NCBI GenBank assembly: GCA_050633305.1
Contig: JBOEGF010000018.1
Location: 923,547-987,546 of the forward strand
Direction: 5' to 3'
Source: Nannocystales bacterium
GTDB lineage: Bacteria > Myxococcota_A > Polyangia > Nannocystales > Nannocystaceae
Length of the DNA stretch: 64,000 nucleotides
Every line of letters starts with the position of its first letter. Position 1 is the stretch's first letter. Below, piece after piece: positions 39,321-47,937 of the stretch. Below the pieces are notes generated by a model that did not search any database, was not told the DNA's origin, and saw only the letters and a program-made list of their open reading frames with translations. The position numbers and the translations under genes were made by a program.

Positions 39321-40097
39321 CTACTCCGCGCAGGCTTCGATGCGCTCCACGGCGACAGGAGCCACGCCCGTGCCATCACCGACGGTCTCGAGCATGAGCA
39401 GGAGTTTCGTCCGTTCGACGGCAAGCGTGGCTGGCCGGGTGGCGATCGTTTGCCAGAGTTCGCCGTCCTGGGAGGCTTCGAACACGATGGTGTTCCCGTC
39501 TCCCCGGATGCCGATCGCCTGCGCGTCGCCGAACTCCGGGTGGTCCTCCTGCACGTCGGCGCCGGTCTCGTCCGGGGCGGTCACCGACAGTGTGCCCCCG
39601 CCGACTCGCACCGTGTAGTTGGCCCCGTCATCTTCACCCGCTCGCAGGTAGACGTTGACGGGGTCGGCCGCCGCGAGACTGGAGAGCAGCGTTGCGCGAA
39701 CCCAGCCGCGCTCGAGTTGATAGCGGTAGGCAAACCCCAGGGTGACGCCACTGTATGCGAGACCGCTGGGTGCTGGAGTGAGCAGGAGCGTCCCGTCAAC
39801 CTCCTCGAGGGCCGCACCTGCATCGGCGAAGGGATTCCAGAGCTCTGTGTCGATCATTTCGTCATCGAACTCGTCAGAGAAGCAACCCACGAAGGGCCCG
39901 TCCTCCCCCGTGTTCGCAGCGCTCGAGCTCGCATCGGGTCCCGAGGACGTGTCGGTGTTCTCCGAGGTGACCGTAACGGCTGTTGTTCCACCCCCGGATC
40001 CTCCCGAGCCACTCGAAGAGAACGCGCCAACGACTTGGTCGTGGCACCCGAGCAACGCACAGCAGCCGAGTGCACAGTACAGCGGGCGCCTCCCCAT
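39321..40097 (-). CDS. Hypothetical lipoprotein (beta-rich)
   Basis: Lipobox LLGC, S/G/T linker, FSDEFDD motif. Confidence 0.72.
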   Translation of the reverse strand: MGRRPLYCALGCCALLGCHDQVVGAFSSSGSGGSGGGTTAVTVTSENTDTSSGPDASSSAANTGEDGPFVGCFSDEFDDEMIDTELWNPFADAGAALEEVDGTLLLTPAPSGLAYSGVTLGFAYRYQLERGWVRATLLSSLAAADPVNVYLRAGEDDGANYTVRVGGGTLSVTAPDETGADVQEDHPEFGDAQAIGIRGDGNTIVFEASQDGELWQTIATRPATLAVERTKLLLMLETVGDGTGVAPVAVERIEACAE

Positions 40098-40167
40098 CGA
40101 CCCCAGCATTGTAAGCCACGGGGCCGTGGGAGGCGCTGGGGCTCCCGCCAAAAAAAGACACGGGGCC

Positions 40168-40195
40168 TTCACCCGTTTCGCGCGCGGTGGGTCCC
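40168..40195 (+). promoter_or_regulatory. Putative ECF promoter, copy 2
   Basis: TTCACCCGTTTCG-cgcgcggtgg-GTCCC just upstream of the 40214 gene. Confidence 0.7.
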
Positions 40196-40213
40196 AAGAG
40201 AGCTGTGAGGTTG

Positions 40214-41353
40214 GTGGAGTGCAGACCTTTGGCGTTGCTCGCGCTGTGGAGCCTGGCCTGTGGCGATCCACAGGCCGCCGATGATGCCGAGACGGAGCCG
40301 ACGACCACCGGGGTGAACGGAGCCTCGTCGTCCGAGACCACGACCACAGGTCCGATCGCGTCGTCCACGACAGGGGGTGATGGCTCGTCCTCCACCGGGG
40401 AAGGATCCAGCGGCGAGGGCAGGAGCACAACGAGTGGTCTCGATGACAGCTCGGGCGATTCGACCGGGGGGACGTCCGGCTCACGACCGCCAAGCGGGAC
40501 CCCAGTCTGGGTCGCCGTCGGCGCTCGCCGATACCGCGCCGCGACCTTCGATGGGGAGACCTGGGACGAGCAGACTCACGACGTCGCTGGTGGCGACGCC
40601 GACCTGTTCCGCGGGGTTGGTTGGGGAAATGGAACCTTCGTCGCGGTCGGGGGGAGCATCGCCCGATCGACGGATGGGTTGTCGTGGGAGGAGGACCTGG
40701 TCGAGCTTCCGGCCTGGTTTGGTGGTGTTGCGTACGGCAACGACCGCTGGGTGATCACGGGCGGGAACGGCCGACATCTCGTCTCGACCGACGACGCGGA
40801 GACGTGGGGCCAAGGGGGGAACACGATCCCTTTTCCAAGCCGCGCGATGGCATTCGGGGCAGGCGTGTTCGTCAGCGTCGGAGACTCCGGGGGCATCGCG
40901 ACCTCGACGGATGGCGTGACGTGGACTGACCGCTCAGAGCCGATACCCACGGGTTTTCGAGCTGTGGCCTACGGAGCGGGCACATGGGTTGTCAACGGGC
41001 GCAACTATTTGCCCGATGGCGTCCAGACGGCGTGTTTGCAATCGCAGGACGCCGAAGTCTGGACTCCATGCGCCGTGCGAGCCGCCGTCTACGAGGGGAC
41101 GTTCGCTGCGAACGACCGGCTGTTCATTGTTCACGATGGTGGCTACGCGTCCACGCTGGATGGGGTGACGTGGTCGGACGTCGACGTCTCCGTCCCGGCG
41201 ACGGTCTTCGAGGCCGGAGAACGATGGGTGGGCGCTGACGGAGTCCAACGGTTTTCGGGCGATGGGCTCGATTCGATGGCGAGTGTTGCGGGAAGCGAGT
41301 CCGCGAGAGCGCTGGCGCTTGGGTATGTGGAGACGATGCGAGGGAGAAATTGA
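40214..41353 (+). CDS. Lipoprotein with BNR/Asp-box-like beta-propeller repeats
   Basis: SLAC lipobox; repeated V.[WY]GNG.[FW]VAVG and S.DG..W motifs. Confidence 0.8.
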   Translation: MECRPLALLALWSLACGDPQAADDAETEPTTTGVNGASSSETTTTGPIASSTTGGDGSSSTGEGSSGEGRSTTSGLDDSSGDSTGGTSGSRPPSGTPVWVAVGARRYRAATFDGETWDEQTHDVAGGDADLFRGVGWGNGTFVAVGGSIARSTDGLSWEEDLVELPAWFGGVAYGNDRWVITGGNGRHLVSTDDAETWGQGGNTIPFPSRAMAFGAGVFVSVGDSGGIATSTDGVTWTDRSEPIPTGFRAVAYGAGTWVVNGRNYLPDGVQTACLQSQDAEVWTPCAVRAAVYEGTFAANDRLFIVHDGGYASTLDGVTWSDVDVSVPATVFEAGERWVGADGVQRFSGDGLDSMASVAGSESARALALGYVETMRGRN

Positions 41354-41358
41354 GAACG

Positions 41359-43077
41359 ATGATCGGGAAGCGGACGATGGCATCGAGGTGGGCGGGCCGA
41401 CTTCTTCTCTTGGTGGCAGCGGGGCCCTTGGTCGCCTGCTACACAGGGATACCCGCGGCGGACAGCTTGGAGGCCGGGGGAACAAGCGGGGAGGCCGCGG
41501 GCGGCGAGTCAGGGGACGGAGGTTCCTCGTCGGGCGGCGATGACGTTCCTCCAGAGGTCGCGTGCGGGGCACTCGAACGACACGGGATCCGCCGGATCTC
41601 TTCGTCGCAGTACCACCAGATCCTACGGGACACGCTCCCTGCGCCGCTTGTGGCGGTGGCCGTGGATGAAAGCGATTTCCCAACGACGGAGGTCGACGAC
41701 GGGTTCAGCACGTTCGTCGCCGCGAACCTCGTGAGCACCGACAAGGTTCGGCGGATCGAAGACAACGCCACCCGTATCGCCGACGCCTTCTTCGAGAATC
41801 GGCAGTCCTGGGCGCCATTGCTGATGCCGTGTTTGTCCGCCGACTACACGGATGCTGACGTCGACGGGTGCACTCCAGAGTTCGTGGAGTCGTTTGGGCG
41901 GCGTGTATTTCGTCGCGAGTTGACGAACGAGGAGCGCACTCGGACGCAGGACCTCTACGATGCGGTCCGGGCTGAACACGGCAGCGAGCGGGCGCTCGCG
42001 GCACTCCTGGAGTACTTCCTTCAGGCGCCGGCTCTGCTCTACGTGACCGAGCCCGGGGCAGACGGCGCAGGGGAGCTCCGTCGGCTGCCGCCGGAACAAG
42101 TCGCCGTTCGCCTCGGCCTTCTGTTTCTCAACTCCACGCCGGACGACGAGCTGCGAGAGGCTGCCGAGGATGGTCGGCTGGACACGCGTGCGGGGGTGGA
42201 AGAGCAGGCTCGACGCCTCGCGACTGGACCTGAAGCCACGCGTCTGTATACGCAGTTTCACGCCGAGTGGACCGGCGCGTTCTCGCTGGGCGACACGCAT
42301 CGAGACCACGCGTTGTGGGATGAAGACGTCCACACGGCGCTCGAGGACGAAGTTGGAGCATTCGCCGAGTGGTTCATCGCACAGACCGATGCGTCATTCA
42401 CGACCCTGCTGACGACTCCTGACTTTCCGACCGACGAACGCCTTGGCGCGGTGTACGGAGTGGGGGAGGCGTCGCCCCGCTCCGGTCTGCTGACCACGGC
42501 CTCGGTCATGGCCGCTTCGGCGCACGAGTCGAAGACGTCGCTCGTCGAGCGGGGGGTCTTCGTGCTCAACCACGTGCTGTGCCAGAGTACGCCGCCGTTC
42601 CCTGACGGCTTGGATACGCAGACTGCACTCGACGCGACCGGCCACCTTCCCACGCAGCGTGAGCGGCTCGAGCCCTTGTTGACCGACCCCTCGTGCGCCT
42701 CATGCCACGTCGCGATCAACCCGATGGGGTTCCCCTTCGAGCGTTATGACTGGATCGGCGCCTACCGTGAGACTGAAAACGGAGCCCCGATCGACGCTTC
42801 GGCATCGGTGGACGTCGGCGTGCTCGCCGGGGAGTACGCGGATGCATCGCAGCTGCTCGAAGCGATCGCCCAGACAGAGGTCGCTCGGAGCTGTTACGTG
42901 CGGCACGTGTATCGCTACTTCGCGGGCCGACGGGAGACCGATCGGGACGCGTGCGTACTCGAAGAACTCGAGAGTGCCTTTGCGCAGTCGAGCGGGAGTG
43001 TTCCCGAACTCATGGTGGCGCTCGCGACCTCGGACGCGTTCTTGTTCCGACAGATGGATGCAGGAGAAGACGAATGA
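41359..43077 (+). CDS. DUF1592/DUF1588-family lipoprotein with CxxCH motif
   Basis: LVAC lipobox, IRRIS..QY, FGRR.FRR.L, PD.EL..AA, VERG, CASCH..INP.GF.FE.YD.IG. Confidence 0.88.
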   Translation: MIGKRTMASRWAGRLLLLVAAGPLVACYTGIPAADSLEAGGTSGEAAGGESGDGGSSSGGDDVPPEVACGALERHGIRRISSSQYHQILRDTLPAPLVAVAVDESDFPTTEVDDGFSTFVAANLVSTDKVRRIEDNATRIADAFFENRQSWAPLLMPCLSADYTDADVDGCTPEFVESFGRRVFRRELTNEERTRTQDLYDAVRAEHGSERALAALLEYFLQAPALLYVTEPGADGAGELRRLPPEQVAVRLGLLFLNSTPDDELREAAEDGRLDTRAGVEEQARRLATGPEATRLYTQFHAEWTGAFSLGDTHRDHALWDEDVHTALEDEVGAFAEWFIAQTDASFTTLLTTPDFPTDERLGAVYGVGEASPRSGLLTTASVMAASAHESKTSLVERGVFVLNHVLCQSTPPFPDGLDTQTALDATGHLPTQRERLEPLLTDPSCASCHVAINPMGFPFERYDWIGAYRETENGAPIDASASVDVGVLAGEYADASQLLEAIAQTEVARSCYVRHVYRYFAGRRETDRDACVLEELESAFAQSSGSVPELMVALATSDAFLFRQMDAGEDE

Positions 43078-44474
43078 AACGACGTAGGTTCTTGACGGGA
43101 GTTGGTGGGTTGACCTTGGCGCTTCCGGCCTTGAGAGGAATGCTTGGCCCCGCGCCGGCGCACGCGGGAGGCTCAACGGCTGCTCCGAAGCGCGTCATCT
43201 TCGTCGCCTACGAGAACGGGACCTATGTCCCTGCCTTTGTACCGACGCAGCAGGGGGCGGGCTTCGAGTTTGGCGAGATTTGCCAGGCGATGGAGCCGCT
43301 TCGAGACCGGACGCTGGTTGTTTCCAGGTGCCCTCACACGGTCTTGGAGGAAGCTGGGGGCCTGTATGTCGGAGGGCATCCTGGGAAGAAAGAGGCCTTG
43401 TTTACCGGAACGCTCATGCAGCACGCGTTCGGAGGCGACGGGACCAACCACGTGGAGAACCTCATCGCCGGAGCAAGTCCACAGGACCACTCGCGCACAC
43501 CGAATGGTCCCTCGGTCGAGCAGGTCATCGGCGCGCAGCTGCGAGGGGAACTCCACCCTCGGGACGCGGTGAACCTGGGCATCAAGGGGGCGGGGTCCGA
43601 GGAGATCACGGAGTCGCGGTTCTTCTACGAGCAGGCCGCGACGCCGATCAGCGTTCTCGCGCACCCGGGCCTCGCTTTCGCGACGCTGTTCGATGGCATC
43701 AATCCGGATGGCACCATCGACGAGGCCTACCTCGAGCTGCAGCGGCGAAAGAAGAGTGTGCTCGACGCGGTCCGGGACAGCTTTGTCGACCTACGGCAAG
43801 ACTTGAATGCAGCCGATCGCGCGGTTCTCGACGACCACGCGGAGAAGGTCCGCGATGTTGAGCTGAAACTCCCTCCGCTGGCGTGTTCGATCCCCGACGA
43901 GCCCGACGCTGGCGCGTTCGCGGAGATGTCCATGGCGGAGCTTGCACCCCTGCAGAATCAACTCATGGCCAACTCGATGGCATGCAATCTCGCTCCTGTC
44001 GGGCGTATCGAATACGTCCACGGCTACGCCCCGTCGTTCGGTGTACCGGAGGTCGACGCCGCGATCGCGAGCAATGGCGGATGGCACCATCCGATCGTTC
44101 ACGCCAACGGGGTGGAACGAGATGACCCTGCGCGGATTCGTGGCTACCAGTTCTACGTCGACATGTTTGCGGACCTGTGCAGCCGCCTCGACGAGGTGGT
44201 GGAAGGCCCCGACGGGCAGACGGTGCTCGACAACAGCATCGTGGTGTTGGGCACCGACCTGTCGAGCTACCGCCACACAGCGGAAGAACTCTGCTTCCTG
44301 GTCGCCGGGGGCGGTGTGGGTCGGCGCGGGTACCACTACGATGCATCCGGCACGAACGTGAACGCGTTCTTGAAGACACTCATCGAGATGGCCGGGATCA
44401 GTGAGGACGCCCTACCAGAGGAGTTTGGCCTTCCCGGCTTCCCCGCGGGAGCCATCGAAGAGCTGCTCTCCTGA
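43074..44474 (+). CDS. DUF1552-family protein with Tat signal
   Basis: MKRRRFL..G...LALP.L, PKR...NG, SVEQVI, KSVLD.V, L...DR..LD.H, LDNS, H.....LVAGG; coupled to the DUF1592 gene. Confidence 0.88.
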   Translation: MKRRRFLTGVGGLTLALPALRGMLGPAPAHAGGSTAAPKRVIFVAYENGTYVPAFVPTQQGAGFEFGEICQAMEPLRDRTLVVSRCPHTVLEEAGGLYVGGHPGKKEALFTGTLMQHAFGGDGTNHVENLIAGASPQDHSRTPNGPSVEQVIGAQLRGELHPRDAVNLGIKGAGSEEITESRFFYEQAATPISVLAHPGLAFATLFDGINPDGTIDEAYLELQRRKKSVLDAVRDSFVDLRQDLNAADRAVLDDHAEKVRDVELKLPPLACSIPDEPDAGAFAEMSMAELAPLQNQLMANSMACNLAPVGRIEYVHGYAPSFGVPEVDAAIASNGGWHHPIVHANGVERDDPARIRGYQFYVDMFADLCSRLDEVVEGPDGQTVLDNSIVVLGTDLSSYRHTAEELCFLVAGGGVGRRGYHYDASGTNVNAFLKTLIEMAGISEDALPEEFGLPGFPAGAIEELLS

Positions 44475-44534
44475 CCGGGCGAGCTGGTACCGAACGAAGG
44501 GCGCGCCGACGCCGGGTAGGAGGTCGGCGCGGCG

Positions 44535-45488
44535 GTGCTCGGTGAGGTGGTCTATACTCCTTCCGTGTCGGTTCTTGATGTACCCACGCGACACGTGGAG
44601 GTGGTGGCCCGTCTCCTGAACACGGGCGAATCCTCCGACCTCCTGCGCGAGGTTCAGACCCTCGATTTTTCCGCCGCCGGCTTGCCGTTCTACGGCATCG
44701 ACGGCCTCTTCTTCTTGGACGACATCGCGGACGAGCTCTCCGAGGCGTCTTTTCCAGGCCTCATCCGTGTCTTGATTGGCGGCCATGGGGACGTCGAGGG
44801 GTCTCGCGTCGCCCCGATGATCATGGAGATTCTCGGGGGTCTTTCGTTCAAGACGCTCGACCTTTCGAGCACGCGAACCGACCGTGATGGTTGGCGCTGC
44901 ATCGCCCAGCTCCCTGAATTGGCCGACCTCCAACGGCTGAACTTGAACTGGACAGCGATCGAGCCCGGATGCCTGGCCATGTTGCTCTCGGCGGCTCCCA
45001 AGGTCGTGTCGCTGTCGTTGAGAGGTTCGTTGCCCTCGCAGGACCACCTCGACGCCGTTTGGCAGTGGGCCGGCATGGGTCGGCTGGAGTCCGCTGACTT
45101 CGGAAGAAACCGCCTCGCAGGCCTCGACCTCACTGCTGCAACGTCGCTCCGGGATCTACGTATCGACGGTGCGGATCTATGCGTGCGAGACCTGACTCGG
45201 CTTGTCCGCGGGCTCGGGCTGGTTGCGCTGGATGCATCCGACAACCCTCTCGAGGCTGGTCCCCAGCTCGGGTCGCTTGCTCCCACGCTGGAGACGCTTC
45301 GTTTGCGCCACGCGGGTCTCGACACCGCCTGCGTCCAAGCCTTGGGACGGCTTGACTGGCAAAGGATTCGTACGGTCGACTTCTCCAACCATCCTCAGCG
45401 CACGCGAGAACGCTTTGGTGTGATGGCCGCCAATCGTGTCGCCACGGAGGCGACGTCTGGCTGGCCTCTCGCTCAGGGGAAGAACTAA
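44535..45488 (+). CDS. Leucine-rich-repeat protein (possibly truncated)
   Basis: Repeated LxxLxL motifs (TLDLS, LQRLNL, LRDLRI, LETLRL). Confidence 0.65.
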   Translation: MLGEVVYTPSVSVLDVPTRHVEVVARLLNTGESSDLLREVQTLDFSAAGLPFYGIDGLFFLDDIADELSEASFPGLIRVLIGGHGDVEGSRVAPMIMEILGGLSFKTLDLSSTRTDRDGWRCIAQLPELADLQRLNLNWTAIEPGCLAMLLSAAPKVVSLSLRGSLPSQDHLDAVWQWAGMGRLESADFGRNRLAGLDLTAATSLRDLRIDGADLCVRDLTRLVRGLGLVALDASDNPLEAGPQLGSLAPTLETLRLRHAGLDTACVQALGRLDWQRIRTVDFSNHPQRTRERFGVMAANRVATEATSGWPLAQGKN

Positions 45489-45490
45489 CC

Positions 45491-45976
45491 GTGGGGATTT
45501 CGCTCAGCATGGTCATCCTCGTGGATGACGACCTTCAGACGCTCGTGCCGACAACGATTGCGCGAACGGGTCGGTGCTGGATGTCGGAAGACTCCGCGGC
45601 CCTGTCCGACCAGGTTTGGCGTCGAGGAGACGGCCTGCTGTTGGGGGTTGGCGCGAGCTGCCTCGTCCTGGTCGGCGACACCATTGGATTCGACGGTCGA
45701 GACTTCTTTGAAGGGGTGGAGCTGGGTGTTGCCCTTTATGCTTCCGAGAATCACGGCGGTGCGAACTTCGTCCATATCTACGAGTACGGGGTGCGCGTTC
45801 GGGTCTGGGAGGAAACTGCAACCGGCTCCGGTGACCCCCATCCTCTCGAGGTTGGTCTCGACGTTGACACCCATCCCTTCAACTACGTCTCTCGCGTCGC
45901 ACAACAGCTCATCGGGGCAGGCCTCGATGGTGTCTGGCCGAACAACTTCCGCTTTCTGCGGTTGCATGATGTCTGA
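45491..45976 (+). CDS. Hypothetical protein
   Basis: Compact ORF 2 nt after the LRR stop; protein-like composition. Confidence 0.6.
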   Translation: MGISLSMVILVDDDLQTLVPTTIARTGRCWMSEDSAALSDQVWRRGDGLLLGVGASCLVLVGDTIGFDGRDFFEGVELGVALYASENHGGANFVHIYEYGVRVRVWEETATGSGDPHPLEVGLDVDTHPFNYVSRVAQQLIGAGLDGVWPNNFRFLRLHDV

Positions 45977-46017
45977 GTGAATCGCCTGATCGCGCGCCGA
46001 CTCGAGCGGGTCCTTCT

Positions 46018-47082
46018 ATGAAAATCTTCTCTCTAACTGCTCGTGTTCGATACTGGGGCCCCACGGATGACAGCCGGCCAAGCCTTCCGTTCACGGCGAC
46101 GGAGCGGGTTCTGTACGAGGCTGTATTCGCCGAAGGAGCATGTGGAGCCGCCGGGGCGCTCCATGTCGGGGAGGACGTCGTCCTCGCCGTGAACGAGCGA
46201 GGCGCGGGTTGGCGTGTCGTCGACGGTCGCATGGAACCGTTGCGCTTCGGTGAGGTGCCGCCGAAACACCTCGCGACGGGGACCGACGCATCGAGTCCAA
46301 CGTCCGCGGAACTCCGAGCGCAGCTCGCCGCGCTGCGCTGGTGTGTTGTCCGTCCTACGGCTCCAGCGCGCTTCCTGTTGGTCTCCGGCCTCGAACTCGA
46401 CCTCTCTGGGCTCGACGCTTCGCGGGCGGACCTTCTCGATGCTCTACCCACACCTGCATCGCCGGGCTTCTTCGGCCGGCTGCGCGGCGCAAAGCCTCCC
46501 GAGGGGGTCGCCCTCCTCCTCTCGGTGTGCCCCGAGACTGAGAATCCCCCAGACGGCTGGCTCCCGTGGCTGAGGTTCTACCGAGGTCTCGGCCTGGAGT
46601 TTCATTGTTGGGGCACGGAGGGCGGCGGTGAGATGGAGTTTCACGACGCTCCGGCGCCAGATGGACCCATCGAGGACGCGTTGCTCGAGGTTCTCCGGAC
46701 GCACGACGCGCTCGAGCAGGGGCAGTTCACCGAGCTGTATCTCAACTGGTTGGAGAGTGGCGAGAGTCCCGAGTCGGGCTTCCGAGAACTCGTTCCCGGG
46801 CAGCCCGAGCGAGGCCATTGGTGCCCCGCTCCGCTGGACGAGGTCGCGAAGACGTTCGAGGCCCGGGTCGCACGTCGAGACGTGCAGGAGGGGCAGCACG
46901 TGCGTGTCCGACCCGGAACGCTCCTCGTTGCTCACCTCCGCAAGGCCATCGTTGAACCCGTGGCCCTCGCGCTCCATGCGGAGCCCACCGACGAGTCCGT
47001 TGTTGTCTGGTTCATCGTGGGCGGCATCTCGAAGACCAGCGGCCGCCTCGAGGTGTTTCTCAGCGAACGCGTTTGGTCGTGA
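46018..47082 (+). CDS. Hypothetical protein
   Basis: 354-aa ATG-started ORF with typical codon pattern; no family recognised. Confidence 0.65.
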   Translation: MKIFSLTARVRYWGPTDDSRPSLPFTATERVLYEAVFAEGACGAAGALHVGEDVVLAVNERGAGWRVVDGRMEPLRFGEVPPKHLATGTDASSPTSAELRAQLAALRWCVVRPTAPARFLLVSGLELDLSGLDASRADLLDALPTPASPGFFGRLRGAKPPEGVALLLSVCPETENPPDGWLPWLRFYRGLGLEFHCWGTEGGGEMEFHDAPAPDGPIEDALLEVLRTHDALEQGQFTELYLNWLESGESPESGFRELVPGQPERGHWCPAPLDEVAKTFEARVARRDVQEGQHVRVRPGTLLVAHLRKAIVEPVALALHAEPTDESVVVWFIVGGISKTSGRLEVFLSERVWS

Positions 47083-47130
47083 CCGACGTGCGGACGGCGA
47101 CGCTTCGAGACTGCCCAACAGGACGGTGAG

Positions 47131-47853
47131 CTAAATGGACAGACCCGCTGGCGACACGCTCGACAGGCGCACGACGGGGTCTGAAGAGATGTACTGCTGC
47201 CCGCTGCCTTCGGTTCGGATGCCCTTGACCGCGAAAAGGTAGGGCGTGGTCGCTGGCCCGGCCCCCTCGGGATCGGTCGCGAGCTCGAAGCCGCTCGAGG
47301 GCCACTGTGTCCCACTGGTGATGTTGCCGTCGTAGGTCCAGCCGGTGAGGGCCCAGGTGTTACCGTCATCGTCGGACACCGAGGTGTGGCCGAGCTCGAG
47401 CTTCATTTTCGTACCGACCCCGATGAGCACCGTGCCCTCGTCGAGGTAAATGGTCTCGCCAGCGACGGTGGTGTGTAGCGCGAGGACCTTGGCGCCTTGG
47501 AAATCGACGATCTTGGGGCTGATGGTGAGTGTCTGGGCGGTGAAGACCCTCCTCATTCCGCAGTCCCCCCGAAAGCTGATGTTCCGCGTCGTCGGACGAC
47601 CATTGGAGTCATAGGTTTGGACAGTGACGCGCCATGGGCTGCTCTGGTCCGGTCTCGAAATGCTGTACGTCGAGCAGTAGTCCTGTTGCGAGCCCGAGCT
47701 GGGGCTGTTGGTGAGGGTGAAGGTGGGGGCGTAGTACGTCCATTGACCAAGGGTGATCGTGACCGTCCCGCCGCCCCCCGAGGCCCTGAAGTTGTTGGAG
47801 TACGCAGATTCTGTGAGGAGTTTTCCGTCGCCGTCGATTTGTCCGTAGTACAT
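47131..47853 (-). CDS. Hypothetical beta-rich protein
   Basis: 240-aa Thr/Ser/Gly/aromatic-rich ORF, no signal peptide, downstream of the kinase. Confidence 0.7.
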   Translation of the reverse strand: MYYGQIDGDGKLLTESAYSNNFRASGGGGTVTITLGQWTYYAPTFTLTNSPSSGSQQDYCSTYSISRPDQSSPWRVTVQTYDSNGRPTTRNISFRGDCGMRRVFTAQTLTISPKIVDFQGAKVLALHTTVAGETIYLDEGTVLIGVGTKMKLELGHTSVSDDDGNTWALTGWTYDGNITSGTQWPSSGFELATDPEGAGPATTPYLFAVKGIRTEGSGQQYISSDPVVRLSSVSPAGLSI

Positions 47854-47937
47854 GATCGTGCTTGTTCCGTTGGTGGTGATGAGTGGGGCGCGAGGCGGCT
47901 GGCCCCGCGTGTGCGGATCTTGTGCCCGTCGTCGGCC

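Noticed and set aside
44474..47131. Integron cassette array
   Set aside because: Intergenic gaps are too short or lack RYYYAAC/GTTRRRY attC ends, and the integrase at 59.5 kb shows no IntI-specific insertion.
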